Positions 48,538 to 60,724 of a stretch of DNA of 64,000 nt are shown here, in pieces (position 1 is the first letter of the stretch; the number at the start of each line of letters is the position of its first letter). Location: NCBI GenBank assembly GCA_013265495.1, contig MU061538.1, positions 1,118,001 to 1,182,000 on the forward strand. The letters run 5' to 3'. The notes beneath the pieces were generated by a model. It ran no database searches and was not told where the DNA came from. It worked only from the letters and a program-made list of their open reading frames with translations. The DNA comes from Vicugna vicugna. Lineage: Eukaryota. Position numbers and translations under genes: made by a program.

Positions 48538-51500
48538 GTAAGTTTACGTGAGAACTTTTCGCTTAAAGTCTGTACCTTTTCAAGATATTTTTTATAAACT
48601 TCTAGTTTCTAGACTTTTTTCAGAAAGATCACTCTTTGAAATATAGTACTTCCTCCCATATTATTTTACACCTTTACTTCTATAATTCATTTATATATAG
48701 GGCTATACCAAAACAAGCACTTTTATCAAATAAAGGCCATTTTTTTCAGATACTTAAAAATACTCCTCCAAACAATAGACTTAATTTTTTTCACTGACTA
48801 GTTTAACTTCTGAGTCCTCTAGTGAGGAAACTGATTTTTTTTAAAACAATGTTTAATGTCTAGAAAATATTAAACTGATTTTTTCCCACATGAAACATTT
48901 TTAAAAACTTATAATTTTGTATGTGGTTTTAAAAATTGAAAATCTATAAAACTTGTTTTAAGCTGCGTTATATCCACGAAATAGACCTGACAGTGGGGAG
49001 CTCTACGAGAGCACACCCGACGTGAAGGGCGCCCGCCAGCTCTTTAGTGCTTTACTCGCCTGTCGTTCATACAGTTTTCTTAATACTTCAGTTCACAGAG
49101 AATTTACTTTTAAAAGTGAAACATTTCTACTTCGTCATTGAAATAGCTGACTAAAGCTTCATTTGGTGTTCTTATCTTTTATAAAGCACTGTTGCAGACT
49201 GTATTCTCAGTTCTTGGCTAAATATTATTTCAGACGAAAAATTCCATTAAACAGTTCTCTTTATTTCTAGACTTAGGATCTGACTTAAGAGTGCTCACCA
49301 GTGATTAGAAAACCCCATTATCCAGCCTCGGCTGTCTGCTTACAGCACAGATTACGAGTAACTTCTGGGAGCCTTTGTTTTAGCTCCTGCACTGCTCTAT
49401 TATGCATTCAAGATTCACAGCTATCAGGGATGCAGACTGTGCCAAGAAAGTGTAAGCTTTATTACAGTTGTCTTCATAATTCTTACAAAGAAGCTCACGT
49501 TTTAATAAAAAGTGAAACCTAAGTGTAAATGTAACAGTTCCCCGGGCTGACACAAAGCCCGCCTGTTAGTGGTCTGTCTTCTTTTGTGTTTGCGATGTAA
49601 GGCTTGTTATTGTTCGACAGCTGCTCATGGTGCGCAGACCTTGAAAATGCCAAAAATATGTACTTCAGTAACTTGTTATCGTTTGCATTATGGCAGTCCA
49701 AAGATACTTTCTGTGATATTACAGCCAACCTAGCATTTTATCAGTGATGCAATTCACTCTGCTCTGTTATTTAAAATTAATTGTTAATAGTAATATATAC
49801 TGATTTTATGAAAGAAAATTACATGCTGAGTAGTTTTAATACAAAGAAAACAAGTTAATGGCAAAATGTGCTTTTTGAAGATCAACAAATTAAATTCCTG
49901 AGTAGTTTGCCATAGAGATAAATAAAAAGAAGAAAAAGAAAGACGGGACAATTAAAATGCAGCTAACAAATGCCTGGACCCAGCTGTCCAAACAGGATTA
50001 ATGGAGTGCATTAGGGTACAGTGAGTCATGTGGTGCTTGCAAAATATCAACACGCACTGCATTACATGTTATGCCCAGTGGCACTGAATAGATGAAAAGA
50101 AATAAATACGTTAAACAGATTCATAGAGGCTTTTCACAGTATTAAAAAAGCAAATTTCTAGACTAAAAGAAAAAGCTTTATTTTAGTATTACAGGAAATG
50201 CAAACTAGAGAGTTACTTTGTAATTCCTCTGTTAACCCTTTGGAATTGAGTCTTTGATTCTAAGAGGATAAAACATACAGAACTGTCATGAATATTATCC
50301 TGGTGTATAACAGGCTTTTGATTTACTAGACGAAAAGCTTGTAAGACTAGAATAGAGGATGCATTTAACAGCCAAATTCCAAGCTGTGAAACTTTCACTC
50401 TTTCTCATTGCCTCTCCTGAGGAAATCCCGACCCTTAGGGTGCTCTCATGTGCTCCTGTGAATTCAACCAGCAGTCACAGTTACATGAGAAATGAAGCAG
50501 CAAGGAGAAGTAGAATTTACCTGTGTATGGGCAGTTTTTTTCTTATCTGAATAATTTTTAGTGATGATTATAACTTTAATTGTAAATTGGAAATACATTG
50601 AGTCCTGTAGAAAATAATTAATTTGGTGAGACTTTTGCTTCAAAAATGAGAATTTTGAGGGTTTTTTAAAAAAAAATTTAATTTGCCAACTGCTACTGCT
50701 GCGTCACAGGCTTAACTGTAGCTTTAGACGTGAATGCCTGGTGTGACATGACAAGTTTATTAAAGAATTCCTTTGAAATAGCTTCTTATATTTAAACTTA
50801 GAAAATTTTGTACTGATTGAAAAATTACTGCTAAGTAGATTTTATAAGCATATCACTTGCCACAAAGAATTAGGGAGCGAGCGTTCTGACGGTGTATTTC
50901 TAGCCAAATATAATTAATATAGATGATAGTTTTGTTGCCCACAGGAAACACAGTGAGTCAGTGCTTAACATTTCTTATTCAGACTCTTTAAAACCTTTAA
51001 GAGTAATGCCGTTCTAGTGGGTATGATTTCAACACGGTTTAGCTGCCTATTTAGTCTTCAGTTTTAAAGGCTCTAACATTTTGGGGGATATGATGTCCAT
51101 ATTTTTAGTAATCAGTTTACTGTTTGGTGTAATAGACTCTCAACGTGGTAAGAGGCGATGGTCAACAAGGTGAATATAGAACAGGATCAAACCCAATACC
51201 TTTTCTATAGTAAAGTATTTTAAAGGCGACAGTGAGCTTTGTGAGAATAGATTTTGCAAAGTTGCTGACATGTTCTTTGTTGTGCTTAATCGGGGAAAAA
51301 CTTGAGGGGCTGACAGTTTTTGCATCATCTTTATTTGAAATCTCTAACAGAAAATTTTTTCTCAGATAACCAACAAACTTTGCAGTACTTTTACCAATTT
51401 CTATTTTGAAATTATGTTTATAGTTATATTTTTATCCTGAAATTCTTTCTGTAACTTGTAAGTTATGCAAGGTCCAAGCGCAGATTTTTTTTTTAATGTA

Positions 51501-53171
51501 CTTATGCTATTAAAACAAAAAACACTTGCCCTTTCAAATCAGCTTGAATTTATTTTTAGTACTTCCATGTTTGTCTCCTCTGGGTCCCATGTAGTCCATC
51601 ACCTTGCAAAAGAAAAAGTGGATTATTCCCCTGGCCCATGATGGAGGGGCCGTGTTTAAAAACTGGTCCTTTTCGGAGAGGTCTTTGTTTGGGTTTGTAA
51701 ATACACTGCTGACCTTTACCCTGCGCTTTCCCCCTCACCCGTGAATCAGAAAGAAGTGATGCTTAGATACGACCGTTGGGAAATAAATGTGAGTCATGAT
51801 GTGTGTTCCTGACTGACTATGACTGTAATGTAAAAATAATTCCAAACCCTATATTGAAAATTCCTCAGCAAAGAAGTTTGTATGTGACCTAATTGTATTT
51901 TGTTATATTGCAGACATTAATAAATGAGTGGTACTAGGTAACTTTTGATTGATTACTAATGTCCTTATATCTGAACAATAAATTTGTATATCTAGTTAGG
52001 ATTTTTAACAATAAGAAAAAGTCTTGTGTGTCAAATGTCGAAAGAATTAAGAGAGAAACAAGTGCTTACTCCCTAAGCACTCGTATTCCCAGTGTCTGCT
52101 TGTCCTGTTCTTCTGTTGCTCTTCTTGTTTCAGAGCACGTAGTCCTGGCTGAGAAAATGCCATGTTGGCCACACATTCTAAATAATTTAGCCATCCTTTA
52201 ATTTTAACTTGTTGTAAAATAGTTTCATATGAAAATATTTCCAGTTAGGATTATTTAGTTGGAAGGAGCCTTAAGATACAATTTTTTTAATGTTAATAAT
52301 TAAAATGTGACAGTTAAAACCAGACAGTAAACTACAGCTAGGGTCTAATTTGCGCTAAGAGCCGGGCCCTCCACCTGGCTGAGCCTGTTTGCTTGGATGC
52401 CCATGTGCGGCCAGCTCTGAGACTGACAAACGGGCTCTCCTTATTTATGGGAAATTTTATTCTAAAATTAATTTTTAATTAAATCAATACCTGAATAAAT
52501 TCTGCTTAGAAAGAATATTAATGACTAAGAGATCAGGTTCAAATTCCTTGTGACCACCGCTTTTAATCCTAACCCCCTCTTCAGAGTTCCCAGGAACCAC
52601 ACACACAGACATACACCCACACACCCACACACCCACGGTGTCCTCTGGGAAACTTAAAACTCTCACCTGGATATTAACGTTGTTTCTGATTCTTTGATGG
52701 GAGTTCCTGTTTCTTCTGTTGACTGCTCACTCCTGTGAGCTGCCCAGTAGAAGTTAAAAGAGGAAAAGGTTTTGGAATCATTTCTTCTTCTGGAGCTCGA
52801 TCAGCTGAAAATGAATTTCAAACCAAAATACTTACTTATCTCGTTCTGCTCAGGTCATTAGTGATCTCCTAGTTGCCCAGTCCTTTGGATTTTGCTTATA
52901 TCTTAATTGCTCCATGGCATTTCCTGTTTGTAACCCTACTTCCCAGATCTCTTCTTCATTTCTGGACACCACTCCCCTTTTTTTCCTTCTCCTTCTCTGG
53001 CCATTCTTCAGCTGTCTCTGGGACTGCTCCTCAGCTTCACTTGTCCCCAAACCCAAACCTCTAACCCATCAACCATCCCTGGACTAAGAGCAGACAAACC
53101 TAGCTCTGCACCGTGTAGGTGTCCTGCTGCAGTCTCACACCGGCCGCCTCTACAGCAGGACCCGCACACGA

Positions 53172-53197
53172 GTGTGTGTGTGTGTGTGTGTGTGTGT
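53172..53197. repeat. (GT)13 microsatellite
   Basis: Directly visible. Confidence 0.95.
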
Positions 53198-54289
53198 CTT
53201 CCTCCCTCTCTCTCCCTTCTCCTTCCTCCTCCTCTCCCTGCCCTGAACTTCCCTGCAGTCCTGGGACGCTTTCTGTCCCGTACACCAGACCAGAAGCTTG
53301 GGAGTTACGCTACCTTCTGGTACCAGCACCTCATGGCAGGGCTCAATTTTCATCTTGTTAATATTTCTCACATTTACCTCTGAAAAGTGAAAAGACTCAG
53401 ACTTGTTTAGCATCAAAGCTGAGTATTTGATTTTATTTTAATATTTTATTGTGAGGAAATGTTCGTGAAGTAGACTCTAAATAGGTGTCCTTTTTGAGGA
53501 GGGTAGAGTAAGAAGCGAAAGCACAGCAGAAGAGCCAAGAAAGTGTTTAATTTTCCGAGTGAGGAAGCGATGCTGAGAGATACTCTGGAGGCTCCGTCTC
53601 TGGAGATTTTCTCCAGAAGAGAGTAGACCGTTACCATCCAAATTGGAGGTCAGAAACTGTCATTTGTCTTAAAATTAGCACTTTAGCTTTGTCCTTGGAC
53701 TATGATTGTAATTCTCTTTCATTTAATTTTAGTTTGCATTAAAATTCACATACTCTGGTTCATCTGGACTACTGAATTCACTTGCCTTCACATTAGGACA
53801 CAGTGAATTTGTGGCATATAAATTTTATGACTGAAATTGGTTTGGTATTTGCAAATTATTTTTCCTTCTCCGAGCTTTGGTTCATATTGTTCCCGCAGCC
53901 CTCTCTCCTCAGCCTTTCTCTGCCTGTCCATGTCCTCCTGTTCTCGGAGGCCAGGTCCCATCCTCTGTCACTTGTGAAGGTATATGAGATTCTTGTTTCA
54001 GCCTTGTGTTATACTTACCTATGTGAATTGCCTTTCTCAGAAAACCTTGCTTAAAGGACAAGTCCAAATTTTATGCATCTTTTTATCCCTCATAGCCTCT
54101 ACCTAATAAATATTTGTGATGTCACTGGATGCTGCCATATGGAATATGTACTGAGTATTGTGTTCTCAGAATAGATGAACCGAGATATTCCAGGTGTCCT
54201 GCTTCCATCCTGATTGTCTTTATTTCCATGTTCCAAGATTTTTTGACCAAGTATTCTAGTTTTATTATTTTAAAAGACCTTTATAATAA

Positions 54290-55060
54290 TTGGCAAAAGG
54301 TAGAAACAGTGTACATTGACAGATGAGTGGAAAAACGAATTGTGGTTTATACATACAATGGAATGTTATTCAGCCATAAAAAGGAATGATGTCCAGGTGA
54401 AATAAGCCAGTCTCACACACACACACACACACAAAAACAAATACTGGGTGATTCCATTTATACAAGGTCCCCAGAGTCATCCAATTCATAGAAACAGAAA
54501 GAGGAATGGTGGGTACCAGGCTTAGGGGAGAGGGAAGTGGAAAATGGTTCTTCAATGAGACTAGAGTTTCAGCTTTTCAAGATGGAAAGAATTCTGGAGG
54601 CTAGTTGTACAGTAATGTGAGTGTACTTAACACTTCTGAACTGTGTACTTAAAAATGATTTAGATGGTAGATTCTGTGTTACACTTGTTTTACCAAAATT
54701 AAACAGAAAATAAAGGGAAAAAGGAATGAAGCGCTGGCACAGGCTACAACATGGATGAACTTTAGAAACATAATGCCGAACGAAATAGGCAGACTCCAAA
54801 GGTCACATAGTGTATGACTCCACTTTATGACGTGTCCAAGACAGGAAAATCCATACGGACAGGAAGTCGGTTAGTGGTTGCCGAGGAAGGGGGAGGGTAA
54901 TGAGGAGAAGCTGCTGACGCTTTCACTTTGGCGTGGTGGAAGTGTTCAGCTGTTGGACAGAGATGGTGGTCACACAACACTGTGAGTGCACTAGGTGCGC
55001 TGAATTATTTACTTTAAAATAGTTAATTTTATGCCAAGTGAATTTCATCACAATAAATTA
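54290..55060 (+). mobile_element. L1M 3' UTR fragments (two, nested or tandem) with an internal (CA)n
   Basis: acaatggaatgttattcagccataaaaaggaatga...gaactgtgtacttaaaaatg; a second copy ends gtgaatttcatcacaataaa. Confidence 0.8.
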
Positions 55061-55149
55061 TTTTCTAAGAAAAGATCTTTACATGGTAGACAGTAGATAC
55101 TTGTTCTCTTCCCTGTTTCTTTGTCAAGGTAATCTAATCCCAAGGGCTA

Positions 55150-58100
55150 CATTTTTTCTTAAATTTTTATTTATTTATTATTTTAGTATAGTTGATATGC
55201 AGTATAATACTACTTTCAGGTGCAAAGCATGGCGATTTGACACTTGCATACATTATGAAATGATCCCCAGGATAAGCCTGGTGACCCTCTGTCATCAGAC
55301 AGTTATTGTAATGTTCTTGACCGTATTTCTTATGCTGTATATTACATCCCTGTGGCTTATTTTATAGTGGGAGGTTTATACCACTAAATCCCCTGTACCT
55401 GTTTCACCCACCCTCCTATCCCCCTCTCCTTAGCCACCACCTGTTTGTTCTGTGTAGGGGTCTGTTTTCATTGTTCTGTTTTTGTTTTTTAGATTCCACG
55501 TATAAGTGAAATCATATGTATTTGTGTTTCTCTGTCTGAGTGATTTCACTTAGCATAATACCCTCTAGATCCATTAATGTATTGCAGATGGCGAGATTTC
55601 AGGGATTTTTTATGGCTGACTAATATTCCACTGTATAAATATAGCACATATTCTTTATCCATTCACCTTGATGGACACTTAGGCTGCTTCCATATCTTGG
55701 CCGTTGTAAACAATACTGCATTGTACATTGGGCTACACGTATCTTTTTGAGTTAGTGTTTTGCTACCACAGCTTTCCTTTCATTTCCAGTTACATATAAT
55801 ATATTTTTCCATCTCTTTACTTTCAGTCTGTGTATGTCTTTAGATTTGAAGTGAGCCTCTAGTGTGCAGCATGTATATGGGTCTTATTTTTTTCTCTACT
55901 CAGCCACCCCATGTCTTTTGATCAGAGTATTTAGTGACTTGTATTTGTTCCCTTCGCCAGGTTAGGGAAGTTTTCAGGAATTGTTTCCTCAAGTAGGTTT
56001 TCTGCCCCTTTCTCTCTTCTTTTTCTGGGACTCCTATAATGCAGATATTAGCACGCTTAATGTTGTTGCAGAGGTCCCTTAAACCATCCTCATTTTTTAA
56101 AGTCCTTTTTTCTTTTCACTGTTGTGTCGGGTCATTTCCGCTACTCTGTCTTCCAGTTCTGTTCTTTTGCATCCTCTCATCTGCTGTTGATTCCCTGTAG
56201 TGTACTTTCCATTTCAGTTGTTGTAGTCTTCAGTTCTGATTGGCATATATACATATATATGTATGTGTGTATATTTTCTTTTTTTTTTTTGAAATTCTCA
56301 CTAAGTTCATCCATTCTTCTGAGTTCATTGAGCAGCTTCATGTCTATTTATTTGAACTCATTATCTGGTAGATTGCTTCTCTCCATTCAGTTTAGTTCAT
56401 TTCCTGGAATTTTGTCATGTTCTTTTGTTTGGAAGGTATTCCTTTGTCTCCTTATTTTACCTCTTTGTGTTTGTTTTTATGTCTTAGATATGCCAGCTAC
56501 ATCTCCTGATCTTGAAAGAATGGCCTTATTTAGAAGGTGTCTTGTGGGGTCAAGTGACGCAGTCCCCCCTGGTTATCAGAGCAGGTGCTCCAGGAGTGTC
56601 TCCTGTGTGGGATGTGTGCACCTTCCTGTTGTGGTTGGGCCATGATTGCTGAGGTGTGGTGGTTGGCAGTGTTGGCACCCAGGCCAGCTTAGAGGCTTGA
56701 CCCTGGCTGCTGCAGGCACAGTGATATGTAGGGCTGGCCTCTTGGATTGGGAGCTGCCTTGGAAGAGCACCAGTGCTGGCTGAGGCCTCCTGCCAGGTGG
56801 GGAGAGACAGGAGCCGCTTTGAGGGGGCTGGTGGGTTGGGCAGGGCTGGTCCTCGGGGGAATTCCAGGGCAGGGCGCAGTGTTAGCTAGGTTAATAGACA
56901 GTGGCAGAATGGCGCCCACCAGCACCAGGCCAGCCAGGTGGAAGGTGAGGAAAAGAAGCTGGTGCCCAGCAGCTCTTCTGTCCCTGGAGAAAGTTCCGCT
57001 GGATCCCTGCTCCTCCACACACACCCTGAGATTAGTCAATGCGCCTCTTTCAGGCGCTTTTCAGGCAGCAGCCTCTGCTGGGACTCCGAGTCAGTGAGTT
57101 CGTGCATGCACGCTTCGTGAGTGAGGTCTCGACTTCTAGCAGCCCTCTGGCTCCCCTGGTGTCAGCCTCTGCTGGTTTGCAAACCAGCCGCTGTGGGGGC
57201 TTGTCTTCCTGTTATGTGTCCCCTGGGCTGGGGGCCTGACGTGGGGTTGGTCCCCCTGCTCCTTAGATGGCGCCCCGACAACCTCACCAGTACTTGGCGT
57301 AGTCAGTCAGTTTAATGTTAGGCGTATAGTAGATTTTTGTGGATTTAACATGAATTTCCCAGGTGACTAATGTGCTCATTTGCCACCTGTATATTTTCCT
57401 TGATGAAAAATTTATGCAGATCTTTGGCTCACTTAAAAAATTGGAATTATTTTCTTATTCTTGAGTTTCGGGTGCTGTTTACAAATTCTGAATGAAAGTT
57501 ATTTATCAAGATATGTGATTTGCAGATATTTTTCCCCATTCAGCAGCTTGTCTTTTTATTCTTTTACCAATATGTTTCAAAGTACAGACATTCTTGATTT
57601 GATGAAATCAAATTTGCCAAATTTTCTTTTATGGTTTGTGCTTTTTGTGTCATATTTACTAAATCTTTTTCCAACCCAAGATCACAAAGATTATCTCCTA
57701 TGTTTTCTTCTAGAAGTTTTATACTTAGGTTCATGACCTATTTTGAATTAATTTCTATATATAGTATGAGGTATGAATTGAAGTTCAGTTCTTGGCATTT
57801 GGCAGCCAGTCGTTCCAGCGGCACTGCCTGAAAAGTCTGTTCTTTTCCACTGAATTGCCTTTACACCTTTGTTGGAAATCAGTTGTCCTCCATATATGTG
57901 TGGGTGCAGGTCCGTTTCTGAATTCTGTTTCGTTCCATCGATGTCTTTGTCTTTACATCAGTACTACACCATCTGGATTACTGTGAGTTGATCATGAGAC
58001 TTGAAATCAGGTAGTGTAGTTCTTCAGCTTTGTTCTTTTTTTAGAATGGTTTTAGTTATTCTAAGTCCTTTGCATTCCTATGTGACTTTTAAAAATAGGG

Positions 58101-59550
58101 TGTCATTTTTAACATAAATGTCTGCTAGGATTTTGATTTGGATTGTGTTTAATCTGTAGAACAAATCAGAGAGGATTAGCATCTTTATAGTGTTGAGTCT
58201 TTCATTCCCTGAGCACTCCGAACTTATTTAGTTCTTTAATTTGTCTCAGCAGTGTTTGTAGTTTTTCGCTTAGGTCTTGCACATTTGATGCTGTTGTGAA
58301 TGGTATTTTTTAAAAATTGAGTTTCCAGTAGTTCATTGCTAGTACATAAAGATACAATTGATTTTTGTATGTTGATCTTTTGTTTTGTGCCTTTGCTAAA
58401 TTCACTTGTTAGTTCTAGTAGCTTCTATTCAATCTGTTTTATAGATTTCATTGAATTTTCTACTTTAATGATTATGATGTCTGTGAATAAAGACAGTTTT
58501 ACTTCTTCCCTCCCAATATGGACACTTTTATTTATTTTTCTTGACTGTTGCCTTATCTAGAGCCTCCAGTACAATGTTGAATAGAAGTGATGAAGACAGA
58601 TATTCTTGACTTGTTCTTCATCATAGTGGGAAAGCATTTTGATCTTTATCATTAACTGATATTAGCTGTAGTGTTTGTTTGTTTGTTTTGGTAGATGCCT
58701 TTTACCAAGTTGAGAAAGTTCCCTTCTTTTCTTGTGTAGCTGGAGTTTTCTTTTGTTTTTTTTTTATATCAAGAATGGGTGTTGGATTTTGTTAAATGCT
58801 TTTCTGCATCTGTTCACATGATCATTTTATTTTTTAGTCACTGGTGCTCTTTTATTTTATTTTTTTGTGTGTGTTGCTTTCTGTGTTTCGTTTTAAATAA
58901 TCTCTGTTGATATGTCTTCAAGTCTACTAATCTCTTCTTTTGTGGTGTCTGATCTGTTGTTAATCCCATCTAGTATATTTTTCATACCTTACATTGTAAT
59001 TTTTCTCTGTAGAAGGTCAATTTGGGTGTGTTTTATATCTTCTATATCTCTACTCAACAAGTTCAGTCTTTCCTCTAGCTTCTGAAATACAAGGAATATA
59101 GTTATAATTGTTTTAATGGCATTGCTACTCGTCCTATCATTTGTGTCATTTCTGGGTTGGTTATTTTCCCACAAGCAATGCGTTGATCAGTTCCCAGCTG
59201 AATACTCAAGAGGCCCGTGCGTACCTCCCAGGCTCCCACCCTGTGCAACTGTCTGGCCGCCATGCTGTCCCAAGCTGCAGCTGCATCCCTCAACTCCATG
59301 AGATGGCTGGACTCTGTCCCTGCTTCTTTCCACTCTGCAGCCAGGAGGCCTCTTAAGGGAGGAGCCATGGCAGACAGAGAGCCCACCTTGCTTGTTTCTC
59401 ATCTCTCAGCTTCACTCACCTTCATTGCTAGATGTTGAGGGTTTTGAATACCATGGTTTTATATATTTTGTCCAGTTTTTTAAATTGATTTGGGTGTAAG
59501 GGAAAATCTGGTCTCTTTTACTTAGTCTTGGCTGGAATGTGAAGTCATCA
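55150..59550 (-). mobile_element. Cluster of antisense L1 fragments (3' end at 55150-55760; ORF2, ORF1 and 5' pieces beyond)
   Basis: ttagattccacgtataagtgaaatcata, gatggacacttaggctgcttccatatcttgg, tttgcagatattttttccc, ccagtacaatgttgaatagaagtg. Confidence 0.85.
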
Positions 59551-60724
59551 AACATATTTCTAATTGATGTGATATAATGAAAATCTATTTGCAGAGTAAG
59601 ACTGGTCAGATTTAAAGTCTTTGCTTTAACAACATCATGTTCCATTCCCCCCTAAAAGTGGAACCACTGTTTAGTTTTAGAATTACTTTGTTTTTGAATG
59701 AATAAAACAGTTGGCAATGAGCCTGTTTCTATTAATCCTGAAATTAATGATTTAAAGATGATTATATTTTTATTATTTCATACTCATTAATTCACATTTA
59801 TTTTTTGACAGTGTGTAGGTAAATTTATTACAAAAGCCCAGTTTAAAGAAGGATATTTAAAAACCTAGTCAAGATAATAATTTATACTAACTAACTATTA
59901 TTATGGGAGTCAAGAGGTGGGGAATGTGTTTATCCCAATGTTTTGTCAAAGAACATTTAATTTATAAATTTTTTTTATAACACAATGTATGTGCTCTTTT
60001 TGGCAGTCTTTCATTAAAGCCATGGGTATTCATGTCAGCCATTTGTGTGATATTCCAGGGCACATGATTTATTGATAAAGTTAACTAATGATCCTTTTAG
60101 TGTGTCAAGCTTTATAAATTCTCTCTCAGCTTCTTGCTAGTTAAGGAACATGAATGTACTTGCTAAAAGTCAGCGTTGACTCAGGTGGGCTAACAAATGT
60201 AAATTCTCTTGACTCATACTGTAGGTGGAGTAACCTGCTTTTTCTTGAAATGCAGTTTTGTTTTGTACCTTAGTTCTGTTATAGGTATGAGTGAAAAATT
60301 TTTATTCAAGGAATTATGCATAAAACATTTTCAGTTGAAATCCTAGTGCAGGGAGCTGATAAGTGATTTGTTATGAAGAGTATTTTATTAACAGGTAATC
60401 CAGATAATGTGGCCTTATGCTTAGCCACTGCTTAACAAGCTAAGTTCTTACCTGGTATATATTTTACTTATGTTTTTAAAAAATGAACCTCTGAATGGGA
60501 ATAAGCATTTCATTATTTGGCTAGGAGAGTTAAATAACAACATTTGATAATTGAAATTTTCTTATTGTTAGTGGTATTTTAAAATTTGCTACCTTAGTAG
60601 CCTTTTATATCTTTCTCTAGAAATAAAGATTTTGAAGTATTTTGTATTTGTTTAATAAGTCTTATTATGACTTTACATAGAGTTACTTTTTCTTAAGTGT
60701 TAGTACTTTTGATAAAAAAGTGCA

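Noticed and set aside
56124..56645. 173-aa hydrophobic ORF resembling a membrane protein
   Set aside because: Antisense reading of a T-rich L1 ORF1 remnant
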